A stretch of DNA of 38,590 bases from a virus (taxonomy: Duplodnaviria > Caudoviricetes), in IMG/VR virus record IMGVR_UViG_3300033168_000020, positions 1 to 38,590 of that record. One strand, 5' to 3'. This document shows, piece after piece, positions 25,188 to 33,464 of the stretch. A program made the translations under genes and the position numbers. The notes under the pieces are model-generated. The model saw only the letters and a program-made list of their open reading frames with translations, had not been told where the DNA came from and ran no database searches. Every line of letters starts with the position of its first letter. Position 1 is the stretch's first letter.

Positions 25188-25526
25188 TCACTTCAGCGGC
25201 CCCGCGTCCTGACGGCCGAGGTACTCAGGCCTTCCGGTGCCGTTGTAGACCGTGCCCAAGCCGGGCGGGAGGATGCCGCCGTTGTCGAACCTGGGCTGCT
25301 CAACGCGCGGCCGCAGAGTCGACCACTCGACCGACACGTAGACCAAGCGCCTAGCGAGGTCAATCTCGGTCACCCGTCCTTCGCCGGTGAGGTCGCTCTC
25401 ACGCTCGAATACCTCGACCGCGTCGCCGACCTGAAGGCCCGTCAGTGCCCCTTGAACGTCCTCAAACCCTGCGTAGGTCCCGTTGCCGCGAACCCGGACG
25501 TTTGGATCAATCGCGATCCTGAGCAT
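25188..25526 (-). CDS. Hypothetical protein: small beta-barrel + tape-measure-like C-terminal motif
   Basis: LQVGDAVEVFE...GRVTEID....VYVSVEW then FDNGGILPPGLGTVYNGTGRPE. Confidence 0.7.
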   Translation of the reverse strand: MLRIAIDPNVRVRGNGTYAGFEDVQGALTGLQVGDAVEVFERESDLTGEGRVTEIDLARRLVYVSVEWSTLRPRVEQPRFDNGGILPPGLGTVYNGTGRPEYLGRQDAGPLK

Positions 25527-25541
25527 CAGAGCCGGCTCATG

Positions 25542-25870
25542 TCACGGGTAGAGCGCCCGCACGTTGGCGCGGTCGATGGTGTCCGGCCCGGGAGGCGGCG
25601 GGTTCTGCTGGTAGGGCGCCATGATCGAGTTGCGGTCGGTGGTGTTGTGTCCCAAGCCGAGGCAGTGGCCCGTCTCGTGTTCTAGTACGGCTCGCATGCT
25701 GTCCGCGTAGCCTGTGTTGACGACCTGGACGGTGCAGGACCCGTCCGAGTAGCGGATGCCACAGCCGATGATCTGACGGCCTGCATGGTGACTGCCTGTG
25801 CGGGCGCAGGGAGAATGAAGGCCACAGGGACGGCGACGATGGCAGCCAGGGCGACGCGGATGCGGACCAT
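25542..25870 (-). pseudogene. Secreted metzincin (matrixin-like) metalloprotease, frameshifted/internally deleted
   Basis: Signal peptide MVRIRVALAAIVAVPVAFILPAPAQA in one frame; HETGHCLGLGH + SIM Met-turn in another. Confidence 0.75.
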
Positions 25871-25908
25871 TGAGTTTCCTTTGCTTTCCTGCGCCGGCCG
25901 GGCATGGG

Positions 25909-25937
25909 AAAGCCCCGGCCGGGTGGGTCGGGGCTTT
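25909..25937. terminator. Putative terminator in late leader
   Basis: AAAGCCCCGGCC/GGTCGGGGCTTT inverted repeat. Confidence 0.6.
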
Positions 25938-25973
25938 GGGTCTGCCAGTAGAGACACCTCTGGCAATGGGCTC

Positions 25974-25979
25974 ACTATA
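25974..25979 (-). promoter_or_regulatory. Putative late promoter -10 (TATAGT)
   Basis: Just downstream of last early gene, upstream of two hairpins. Confidence 0.45.
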
Positions 25980-26026
25980 GGTCACACCTGTCCCAACGCT
26001 CAACAGGCGCCCCCGCGACACGCCGT

Positions 26027-26806
26027 TTATGATGCTGCCCGGTCTGCTTGCCGCTGGGTTCGCACGACCCGCAGCCGTGCTGCTTCCCGTTCCGCCATCG
26101 CTACCCGTTCGGGGCGGCACTCGGGGCATTCGACGCGGTAGCTGAGGTCGTCGGGGTAGCCGGTTGTGTCCTCGTCGGCGCGCCAGTGCCGTGGGCCGCG
26201 TAGGTGTTCGGCTGCCCATTCGGCCCAGATCGCGAGCCGACCGAACCGGCCGTCGTCGTCGGACCACGTTTCTTGGCATTCGACGCAGACGGCGATGTTG
26301 GGGTTCATGCGGGCGCGGATGGTGCCCCATCGTTCGCATTTCTCTTCGGGGCAGGGGATGTCGGGGGAGAAGGGTGGCCCGTCGTGTTGGGTGAGGACGC
26401 GGGCGGTGGTCCACCAAGCTTTGACGGTCCGGTGGGGGCGGTCGCCGATGATGCCGGAGAGACGTTCGAGCCGGGTTTTGAGGGGGAGGGTGGGTATTCC
26501 GTGGGTGGTGGCGAGGTCGGCGGATTGTCGGCCGATTCGTTCGAGGAAGGCGAGGCAGTCGATGCGGCCTGCGGGTTTTGAGCCGTAGGCGGCGCGGAAC
26601 ACTTCTCCGGTGATGGTGGTGCCGGTGATGGTGTCGTTGATTTGGTCGAGTAGGGGTTCGTGGGTGACGTGGTGGATGCGGGTTGTGGTGCGCCAGCGTC
26701 CGTCGTCGCCTTGGACGGGCTGGTTGACGGTTTCGCTGGTGGTGAAGGGTCGGGTGAGTTCCCGGATGAGGTCGGCGGCGAGCGCGGGTGGGCGGTTGGC
26801 GCTCAC
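26027..26806 (-). CDS. Putative late-gene regulator with Zn-ribbon
   Basis: Last early gene; PLLDQI...SKPAGRID; CPEEKC, CVEC, CPEC; GTG 26806 after GGAGG. Function inferred from position. Confidence 0.6.
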   Translation of the reverse strand: MSANRPPALAADLIRELTRPFTTSETVNQPVQGDDGRWRTTTRIHHVTHEPLLDQINDTITGTTITGEVFRAAYGSKPAGRIDCLAFLERIGRQSADLATTHGIPTLPLKTRLERLSGIIGDRPHRTVKAWWTTARVLTQHDGPPFSPDIPCPEEKCERWGTIRARMNPNIAVCVECQETWSDDDGRFGRLAIWAEWAAEHLRGPRHWRADEDTTGYPDDLSYRVECPECRPERVAMAEREAARLRVVRTQRQADRAAS

Positions 26807-26867
26807 GACTCGCCCTCCGACTCGAGTCGCCGTTTGATCTCGGGGAGGAAGTGCGCGCCGTGACGTT

Positions 26868-27200
26868 TCACGTCCGCCGCAGATATGCGCCACTCGAGCA
26901 CGGGCTGCACAGTCCGTTCCGGATGGCGACCCCGTCGCACTCGTCGCCGTCGCAGAGCATCCCCAGCTCTCGCCAGTGCCGGGTCGCGCGCGGGTCGGGG
27001 GGGACCCCGACCTGGGCCGCCATTGCCACCGCCCACACCAAACGGGCTTCGACCTCGCCGCGGAGTTTGGCGCGCCGGGCCTCGAGGGCGTCGATTTCGT
27101 CGAGGAGGTCGTTGGCGGCGCGGGTCAGTTGGGCGACGATCCGGGCTTTGGGATGCCAGGGGATGCGTGCCGCCCACTCGTCGGGGCTGATGGGGGTCAT
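26868..27200 (-). CDS. Hypothetical protein with C-terminal Cys cluster
   Basis: 110 aa, ATGA-coupled; CDGDEC...GLCSPC. Confidence 0.6.
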   Translation of the reverse strand: MTPISPDEWAARIPWHPKARIVAQLTRAANDLLDEIDALEARRAKLRGEVEARLVWAVAMAAQVGVPPDPRATRHWRELGMLCDGDECDGVAIRNGLCSPCSSGAYLRRT

Positions 27201-27529
27201 GCCGGTTCCGCCGCGACCTGAACGTCCACGAGGGAGCCGTCACGCCGAGTCCACTGGCGGCACCAGTGGGCCTTGACCCGCAGTGCGGCGACCGTTTGCG
27301 GCTCCCACTCCCGGATGGTGTCCAGGTCGTATCCGTCGTCGTCCCAAACGATCTCCACCCACCGGGCGTCCATCATCGCGCGACAGTGACGGCAGTCCTT
27401 CCACGTCCACGCGGTGTCGTCGAAGCCTGCGCCCTTGACGTACTTCTCGCCGACTCGAATGGTCCGGCCGCACGTGTCGCACTGATGCTCCTTGCGGGCG
27501 GTCGGGGTGGTCCTCACGAACTGGATCAT
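27197..27529 (-). CDS. Zn-finger hypothetical protein
   Basis: ARKEHQCDTCGRTIRVGEKY...CRHC; start ATG 27529. Confidence 0.75.
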   Translation of the reverse strand: MIQFVRTTPTARKEHQCDTCGRTIRVGEKYVKGAGFDDTAWTWKDCRHCRAMMDARWVEIVWDDDGYDLDTIREWEPQTVAALRVKAHWCRQWTRRDGSLVDVQVAAEPA

Positions 27530-27966
27530 GCTCGTGCCTCCTTGAGTGCGTTGTATTCGTCGCGGCGTTTGCGGACCGCGGCCTGGTAGTCGGCTTTCGC
27601 CGCGGTCAGCGTGTTGCGTGCAGCGGCTGCGAGGGCGGCGTGGTCGACGCCTTCGGACGCAGCCCGCTCGCAGGGTTGGCAACGGCCGGCGGGCGCGGTC
27701 GGATGGTCGGTGCAGCGCATTGAGGCGGCGACGAACGTCTCGCCTTGCGCTTGGGTGGCCCGCCACCATGGGCCGGCTTCGAGGAGCCGCGCCGGGGTTT
27801 GGGTGAGGGGGTCGGTGGCGACCCAGGCGAGCGCGACTGCGACGTCGCGGTAGGGCCGTCCGCAGACTTCGGGCTTGCTGAGGAATGTCATCACGGAGGC
27901 GACGGGCCAGTCGGGTCTCATGGCGTTGGCGGCGGCGGCGAGGCGCTCGGCTTCCGTCTTCGTCAT
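27526..27966 (-). CDS. Hypothetical protein following replication initiator (helicase-loader position)
   Basis: MTKTEAERLA....MRPDW...TPARLLEAGPWW; C..H...C..C. Confidence 0.7.
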   Translation of the reverse strand: MTKTEAERLAAAANAMRPDWPVASVMTFLSKPEVCGRPYRDVAVALAWVATDPLTQTPARLLEAGPWWRATQAQGETFVAASMRCTDHPTAPAGRCQPCERAASEGVDHAALAAAARNTLTAAKADYQAAVRKRRDEYNALKEARA

Positions 27967-27989
27967 CGGAAGCGCCTCAAATCCAAGAA

Positions 27990-28133
27990 CGTTTCCGGAG
28001 TCTCTCCGGACGAACTTGCCGCTGCCGCATTGGACTTGACTAACCTACTCTTAACTAAACTACTCTGTCGTGGAGTCATTCAGGACACCCTCCTGATTAG
28101 TTCCGGCATCGCTCCGGAGTCGTTCCGGAACTT
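27990..28133. other. Putative phage replication origin (iterons + AT-rich repeat)
   Basis: 11-bp-period YTCCGGA-like units at 28068-28133, two more at 27993-28010, and 15-bp AT-rich repeat at 28036-28066. Confidence 0.6.
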
Positions 28134-28523
28134 GTGCAGAGCCTTGTCGTCGTCAATCTGGAACGACGCCCACGCTTCCGGCTCGTGTCGCTGGCACGGC
28201 GGAAGCTTGGATTTCGTTGGGTGGCTTATCTTTTGGTGCTCTGCCCATGACGTGACGTGGAGCAGTCGGACACCGTTGACGACGTACCGGCAGAGCACTC
28301 CGTGGGCGGTGAGTTCTGCCAGGTCGGCCTCTACCTTCTTGTCAGTGACAGAGCGTCTGCGCGGCCACACCGCGGCCTTGATGAGCGTTTCGTCGTCCTC
28401 ACCTCGTCCAAAGTCGTCCGCCCAACACCAAATGCCGGCGAAAGTGACCATCGTCTGCACAGAAACGGCGTTCATCGTGCCGCTTGTGAAGAAATCTGGG
28501 TCGATCATTCGCTTGCGAGTCAT
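28080..28523 (-). CDS. Phage replication initiator (N-terminal domain)
   Basis: MTRKRMIDPDFFTS...FAGIWCWADDFGRG...W.EHQKISHPTKSKLP; frame stays open past the TGA to 27963. Confidence 0.8.
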   Translation of the reverse strand: MTRKRMIDPDFFTSGTMNAVSVQTMVTFAGIWCWADDFGRGEDDETLIKAAVWPRRRSVTDKKVEADLAELTAHGVLCRYVVNGVRLLHVTSWAEHQKISHPTKSKLPPCQRHEPEAWASFQIDDDKALHKFRNDSGAMPELIRRVS

Positions 28524-28717
28524 CGAGCGGTCTCCGCTTCGTCGTCGTGTCCCTGGGCCCGGTGCGCGGCCAGTTCCCGCCACGCAACCGCCTCGACGGC
28601 GGCCACGGACCAGTCGCAGTCGCCGCACCGGACGGCGCCGGGACGGGGGTCGGGTCGGGGGAAGACGCCGGTCGAGGGGTGGACCGCGCCGCCCTTGAAG
28701 TCGAGTCCGGGGGTCAC
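28520..28717 (-). CDS. Small Zn-finger hypothetical protein
   Basis: CGDC...H...H; overlaps both neighbours. Confidence 0.6.
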   Translation of the reverse strand: MTPGLDFKGGAVHPSTGVFPRPDPRPGAVRCGDCDWSVAAVEAVAWRELAAHRAQGHDDEAETAR

Positions 28718-29385
28718 GCGCTGGCCTCCCCGAAGTCGAGGACGCCTTGGGCGAGGCGCTTGGCCGTGACCTCGCAGTAGCGTTCCTCGAGCTCAACCCC
28801 GATGGCGCGGCGACCGAGACGCTTGGCGGCCACGAGAGTCGAGCCTGAACCCGCGAATGGGTCGGCGACGGTGCCGGTCGTCTTGGCGATGAGTTGCGCC
28901 ATGAGCGGCACAGGCTTTGGGGTCGGATGGTTTGGCCGGTCCAAGTCGGCGGACATTAGCGGTCGCACAGGCAAGACCGAATCGGACCTGCGGCCGACGA
29001 ACCCAGATCCGAGGACGTAGATCTCCTCGTGCGTAGGCGCCCACGGCATAGATAGGTCACCCATGCCGCCTGCGCGGATCTTGTGCCAGACCAGAACGGC
29101 CTTCACCTTCGCGGGCCGCTCAACCCGCCAGGTGCCGAACACAAGAGCTGGGCGATCACCACCCCACATCTGCAGGCAGTCGGTCCGTGCGGTAGTGGTG
29201 TCAGTGTCGCCGGTTACGGGCCGCCCTATCTTGGTGTTCCGTTTGTCGCGGTTCCGGTTCGATTCGTAGGCCATCCCGTAGGGCGGGTCAGTGATGAGCA
29301 CGTCGGCCTCGAGCCAGTCGGTGACCTCGAGGCAGTCGCCCAGGTAGAGCGCGACGAGGTCGTCGGAGTAGTAGGGCGCGCTCAC
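28714..29385 (-). CDS. DNA N4-cytosine/N6-adenine methyltransferase (beta class, orphan)
   Basis: DPPY, HPTPKP, DPFAGSGST. Confidence 0.92.
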   Translation of the reverse strand: MSAPYYSDDLVALYLGDCLEVTDWLEADVLITDPPYGMAYESNRNRDKRNTKIGRPVTGDTDTTTARTDCLQMWGGDRPALVFGTWRVERPAKVKAVLVWHKIRAGGMGDLSMPWAPTHEEIYVLGSGFVGRRSDSVLPVRPLMSADLDRPNHPTPKPVPLMAQLIAKTTGTVADPFAGSGSTLVAAKRLGRRAIGVELEERYCEVTAKRLAQGVLDFGEASA

Positions 29386-29588
29386 GTCGCCTCCTCAACC
29401 TCGTCGTAGTGGTAGCCGCGGATGTGGCCGACGGTGGGGCGTAGGTGGGCCCATTCGGTGCAGTCGCAGTGCCGGACCCAGACCGCCCAATCGCCGTTGT
29501 GAACCTCGGCGACGACGCCGGTGGCGTGTTCGGGCTGGTCGGGTCGCAGGACGCGGACGGGCGTCCCCGGCGGCAGGTAGGTGCTCAC
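29382..29588 (-). CDS. Hypothetical protein (SH3-like)
   Basis: GTG 29588 after GGAGG; PGTPVRV...GVVAEV. Confidence 0.6.
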   Translation of the reverse strand: MSTYLPPGTPVRVLRPDQPEHATGVVAEVHNGDWAVWVRHCDCTEWAHLRPTVGHIRGYHYDEVEEAT

Positions 29589-29804
29589 GGTCCCTCCAGC
29601 GTCATGCGGATGGCCTCGGCGACCATGCACCCACGGAGGTCGGCGGGCGTCCGCGGACTGAGCCTGGTCGCACGCGTCGGCGAGCGCCCGGACGCGGGCC
29701 AGCGCCGCCAGCGCCTCGTCCCGTTCCCGCTCGGCCTTCAGGAGGTCTTCGATCGGGACCCATGCGGCGGTCACGTCGGCGCTGAGGGCGGGCTGCTCGC
29801 TCAT
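29585..29804 (-). pseudogene. Hypothetical gene frameshifted into downstream ORF
   Basis: MSEQPALS...ALAALARVRALAD; natural-looking end MVAEAIRMTLEGP-stop is in another frame. Confidence 0.45.
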
Positions 29805-30187
29805 GACGCCTTCCAGCACTCGCGGATCAGCGCGTAGGTGTGCGGAGCCGCCCCGCCGTGACCACCGTCGAAGACGCCGGGGAACTCAATCTCAGCCACC
29901 GCGACGATGTCGTCCCACGCCTCGACGAGTCGCGCCCAGACCGGCGAGCGTTCGGCCATGTGCGGCATGTCAGCGCGGAGGCTCGGCACGGCCCGGAGCA
30001 GCATTTCGCAGCGGCGGAAGTCGCTCGAGTCGTAAGGCTCAGTGGGCCAGTGCGAGTAAGGGAGGAGGCCGGTGAGGGCCTTCACGATGGCGTTGGACGA
30101 GTCGCCGCGCTCGCCGCTTGCCAGCCAGTCGACGAGGCCGGGGTGCGCTTGGGCTGCGACCATCGCTGAGCCGCTTTGGCCGCTCAT
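29801..30187 (-). CDS. Conserved-type phage hypothetical protein
   Basis: WLASGERGDSSNAI...PYDSSDFRRCEMLLRAVP...W..LVEAW. Confidence 0.75.
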   Translation of the reverse strand: MSGQSGSAMVAAQAHPGLVDWLASGERGDSSNAIVKALTGLLPYSHWPTEPYDSSDFRRCEMLLRAVPSLRADMPHMAERSPVWARLVEAWDDIVAVAEIEFPGVFDGGHGGAAPHTYALIRECWKAS

Positions 30188-31221
30188 GAGGCCTCCTCGG
30201 CGGCCCGCTTGTTCCAGTCGCCCGCGTCGGCCTCGAGCATCGCGATGACGACGCCCACCTCGTCGGACGAGAGCTCGTTGCTGGAATCGACGGTCCGCCC
30301 GATGGCGTTGGCGATGTACGCGAGCCGGTTGCGCCGCCCGGAATACGACTTGGGGTCGGAGTTGAACCCGGCGTCGCGGAAGGAGGCGAACATCTTGGAC
30401 CGTTTCGCGGCGGTCGGTTCCGTGCCGGGTCGGGGGCGTGGCGGCGACGGGGCGGCCTCAACCTCACCCGGTGGCTCGGGCGTCGCAGAGGGAGGCGCCC
30501 CGGCGCCGGTCTGGGGGGCGGGCTCCGGCCAGGGATCGTCGTCCGGCCAGGGGTCGAGGTCCGGCTCCGCGGGTCGCGCCGCCTCGATGGGCTTGCGCTG
30601 CGCTGTCGCCTTCGCCTCGGCGCGTCGCACGGTCGACGTCGGCTCACTGGTCAGCTCCATCTCCTCGACGGAGAAGGCGAGCCCGGCGAGCGCGTCGGGG
30701 GCGATCTGCCGGCACACGTCAGCGGCGGCGCGGGCGTACAGCATCGCCTCCGGGTCGGTGACGTACTTCTTGTTCAGCGTGTACCCCGCCTTCGTGGCGC
30801 GTGCGGTCGTCCACGTCTCCTCGGTCGTGTGGTTCGACCCGCGGCGGCGACCGGCGACGGTCACCTTGGCCGGCGACTTCTCGACCGTCCACACCTCGTG
30901 CCCGTGGTGCATGACGAGCGCGACCATCGAGCGGGCGTACATGGACGGTTTGCCGCTGATGACGTAGATGTTCTGAAGCGCCTGGGTCGGGGTGAACCCG
31001 ATCTCGTCGCCGTAGAGGATCGCGGCAGCGGCCTCCTCAGGCTTGCCCCGGAACGATGCGGGGACGAACGCCGTCTGGCAGAGCGCGGACCCGATGCGGT
31101 GCGCGGCGGCGAGCCCTTCCGCCCAGGCGACGAGCCGCCCACCTGTGGGGTCGCTCGAGTGCTGCATGACCGGGGGCGCGAGCGGCGCGCTGCCCTCGTA
31201 GGTCGTCAAGCCTGTGCTCAT
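30184..31221 (-). CDS. RecT-like single-strand annealing protein
   Basis: TAFVPASFRGKP...AILYGDEIG..P.QALQNI.VI.GKP...MLYARA; adjacent to exonuclease. Confidence 0.8.
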   Translation of the reverse strand: MSTGLTTYEGSAPLAPPVMQHSSDPTGGRLVAWAEGLAAAHRIGSALCQTAFVPASFRGKPEEAAAAILYGDEIGFTPTQALQNIYVISGKPSMYARSMVALVMHHGHEVWTVEKSPAKVTVAGRRRGSNHTTEETWTTARATKAGYTLNKKYVTDPEAMLYARAAADVCRQIAPDALAGLAFSVEEMELTSEPTSTVRRAEAKATAQRKPIEAARPAEPDLDPWPDDDPWPEPAPQTGAGAPPSATPEPPGEVEAAPSPPRPRPGTEPTAAKRSKMFASFRDAGFNSDPKSYSGRRNRLAYIANAIGRTVDSSNELSSDEVGVVIAMLEADAGDWNKRAAEEAS

Positions 31222-32003
31222 GCGGCACTTCCGTTCTCATCGTTGGCTGTTGGTGGGTTGAGTTCGTCGGACTTCCAACCGCTCTTCATCTCACCGGCGG
31301 TCCGGGCCACGTAGGCGATGTGCAGGAACGCCTTGTGGATCTGCTCGTCGGCGCGCATCTCGTAGACGGAGTAGCCGTCCTCGCGCAGGTGGACGCCGAT
31401 TGCGCCGTCGACCGTCGGCACTGGCTGCTCGACGCCGTCGGCGTCGACGTAGAAATCTGCGTACCTATAGGCGGCGAGCTGGAGACACGTCTCCGGCCAG
31501 ATACCTGACGCGGAGGTCTTGAAGTCCCCGATCAGGGTCCGGCCGTCCTTGACCTTGCCGATAAAGTCGAACGTCCCGGCGTAGTTCCATTTCCGTGACG
31601 CCACAGGGGATTCCGTGACTTGCGGCGTCAGGCCCCAGTCGTCGAGGAAGTCGACGCACCCAGCGACGTAGCCGGACAGATGCTCGGGGACGTCGACCTG
31701 TTCGCCGTGGATCAGCTTCTCGGCCAGGTCGTGGACGTCGGTGCCCCGGACCGCGGCGGTGTCCCGCTTCTGCCAGGGCATCTCCTTCAACGCGGCGACC
31801 ATCGGCCCGCGGCCCATCTCCCAGAACCGCTCGACGTCGGAGCGGTTGTCGGCGACGAACTCCGCGACGGTCTTCGCGGACCAGTACATGAGCGCCGGCT
31901 TCGGCAGGCCCTTGCTGATGATGCCTGTCACTCCGGGAACGGGCTTGCCATCCAGGACGTAGGAGTGGTTGCCCGGCCGGAAGACGAGCCCTCGCTTCAC
32001 CAT
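31218..32003 (-). CDS. PD-(D/E)XK (Cas4/RecE-like) exonuclease
   Basis: VPGVTGII, RGTDVH, YAGTFD, IGDFKTS, QLAAY; own ATG at 32003. Confidence 0.87.
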   Translation of the reverse strand: MVKRGLVFRPGNHSYVLDGKPVPGVTGIISKGLPKPALMYWSAKTVAEFVADNRSDVERFWEMGRGPMVAALKEMPWQKRDTAAVRGTDVHDLAEKLIHGEQVDVPEHLSGYVAGCVDFLDDWGLTPQVTESPVASRKWNYAGTFDFIGKVKDGRTLIGDFKTSASGIWPETCLQLAAYRYADFYVDADGVEQPVPTVDGAIGVHLREDGYSVYEMRADEQIHKAFLHIAYVARTAGEMKSGWKSDELNPPTANDENGSAA

Positions 32004-32432
32004 GCGTACACCCCGTTCGCACGAGCAGTCTTTTTCCAGGCGAGACGACACTTTGCGACAATGCCGCCGCCCGGTCGGGTCTACGTAGGTGTTTTCCTCA
32101 GAGAATGGATGCCCCTGTGGGCAGACGGTCTTGGCGCGATTGATCGCGGCTGGCCCGTTGCTGCGATAGGTGTTGACCGCCGGAGTCACAGCCTCAAGGT
32201 GGTCGGGGTTGACACAGAGGCGCACTCGGCACAAGTGGTCAAGCTGTAAACCCGTGGGCACGGGTCCCTTGTCCAGCATGAACATGACGCGGTGCACGAG
32301 CCGGTTAGTGCCCTCGAACCACACCTGGCCATACCCGGTGCGCTTGTTCATCGTCCCGATCCAAAGCCAACAACCGTCCTCTTGCTTGGCGACGTGGCTG
32401 AGTACGCGCAACCTGTCCTTTTCGCACTTCAT
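31997..32432 (-). CDS. HNH homing-type endonuclease, currently fused in frame to the exonuclease
   Basis: CWLW.G...GYG...HR...LDHLCRVRLCVNPDHLEAVT...N; CPQGHPF....TY. Confidence 0.85.
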
Positions 32433-32501
32433 GGCGTCCCTTTCTCGAACTGCGCGGGCCGTAGCACGGGCCGGCGTTTCCCGCCGCCAGTTCTGTTCGT
32501 G

Positions 32502-32732
32502 TCAAATCCCCAGCCGCGGGGAAGGAGGCTGGCACGGCGGGGACGCGTGGACCGCGTCGAAGTCGCGCCAGTGCTCGGCGAGGAAGTGCAGCGCGTCGCC
32601 CTGGTGGAACTCGAACGGGTAATTCGGTTGGGGCGCGATATCCACGCCGACGACGTCGAACCCGGCACGGTGGTAGCCCATCGCCGCGCCACCGGCACCA
32701 GAGAAGAGGTCAACCATCTTTGGCCGCCTCAC
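32502..32732 (-). pseudogene. Truncated DNA cytosine-C5 methyltransferase
   Basis: DLFSGAGG (motif I), GVDI, HASPPCQ (motif IV), stop 8 residues later. Confidence 0.8.
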
Positions 32733-33100
32733 CGCTCGCCCCGCTCGAACGCGGCGAGGTCGGCGTGCAGCCGCTCGATGGCAACGTTGTCGTAAACCTC
32801 GGTGCCGCGTTGCCGCTGCCCACAGTTCAGGCAGAACACGATGTCACCTAGGTCACTGAACCGGGCGAGGTCGTGGTGACCTTGACGCAGGCAGGACGCC
32901 TCGCTGGCCCGCTGGCGGAACGCGGCGTGCAGCGCCTCGATGTCGTCGCAGCCGGGTTCGATACGGTTGGCGACAGCGGCGGCGCGGCAGAGCAGCCACG
33001 CGAGCAGCCAGCCGAGGACGGTCACCCCGCCGAGGACGAGGACGAGGGTGCGGGCGGGACCGTCGATCAGGGACCCCGTGTCGCTTATGGCGGGGGTCAT
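32729..33100 (-). CDS. Hypothetical membrane protein with Cys/His cluster
   Basis: One TM; CLRQGHH...CLNCG; start ATG 33100. Confidence 0.65.
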   Translation of the reverse strand: MTPAISDTGSLIDGPARTLVLVLGGVTVLGWLLAWLLCRAAAVANRIEPGCDDIEALHAAFRQRASEASCLRQGHHDLARFSDLGDIVFCLNCGQRQRGTEVYDNVAIERLHADLAAFERGER

Positions 33101-33315
33101 GACGGGCCGTTCGGGTATTCGTGGCCTTCGCTGGCTGCCAGTGCGGCGTCGGGGAAAGCGTAGGTCCCGGGCGACTCGGCGCGGCAGGTGAAGCACTGCC
33201 AGCCCCACCGGATGACCCCGCCCAGGAATGAGGTCTCAGTGAACGCCTCGACACGGTGGGCGGGGCCGTCGATCAGGGAGGCGTCGGCGATGGCGGTCAT
33301 GCCTTGGTACGTCAT
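33097..33315 (-). CDS. Hypothetical protein
   Basis: MTYQGMTAIADASLIDGPA...WQCFTC; ATGA overlaps. Confidence 0.6.
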   Translation of the reverse strand: MTYQGMTAIADASLIDGPAHRVEAFTETSFLGGVIRWGWQCFTCRAESPGTYAFPDAALAASEGHEYPNGPS

Positions 33316-33464
33316 CGCTGGGCCTCGATCCATGCGAGGTAGGTGAGGTTGGCATCGAGGCAGGCCACGATCTCGGCACCGGTCCACCCAGCGCCCATCT
33401 GCTCGAGCGCCTGCGCGATGAGAGCTTCGAGGTCGGCGTACAGGGCCGCGGGCAGCGCCATCAC
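33312..33464 (-). CDS. 50-aa hypothetical protein
   Basis: MMALPAALYADLEALIAQALEQMGAGWTGAEIVACLDANLTYLAWIEAQR; fills gap with 4-nt overlaps; not in ORF track. Confidence 0.6.
   Translation of the reverse strand: MMALPAALYADLEALIAQALEQMGAGWTGAEIVACLDANLTYLAWIEAQR

Noticed and set aside
32432-32504. UGA readthrough joining C5-MTase fragment to HNH
   Set aside because: Frames do match, but the linker is not MTase-like, HNH has its own RBS, and no SECIS-like hairpin is evident
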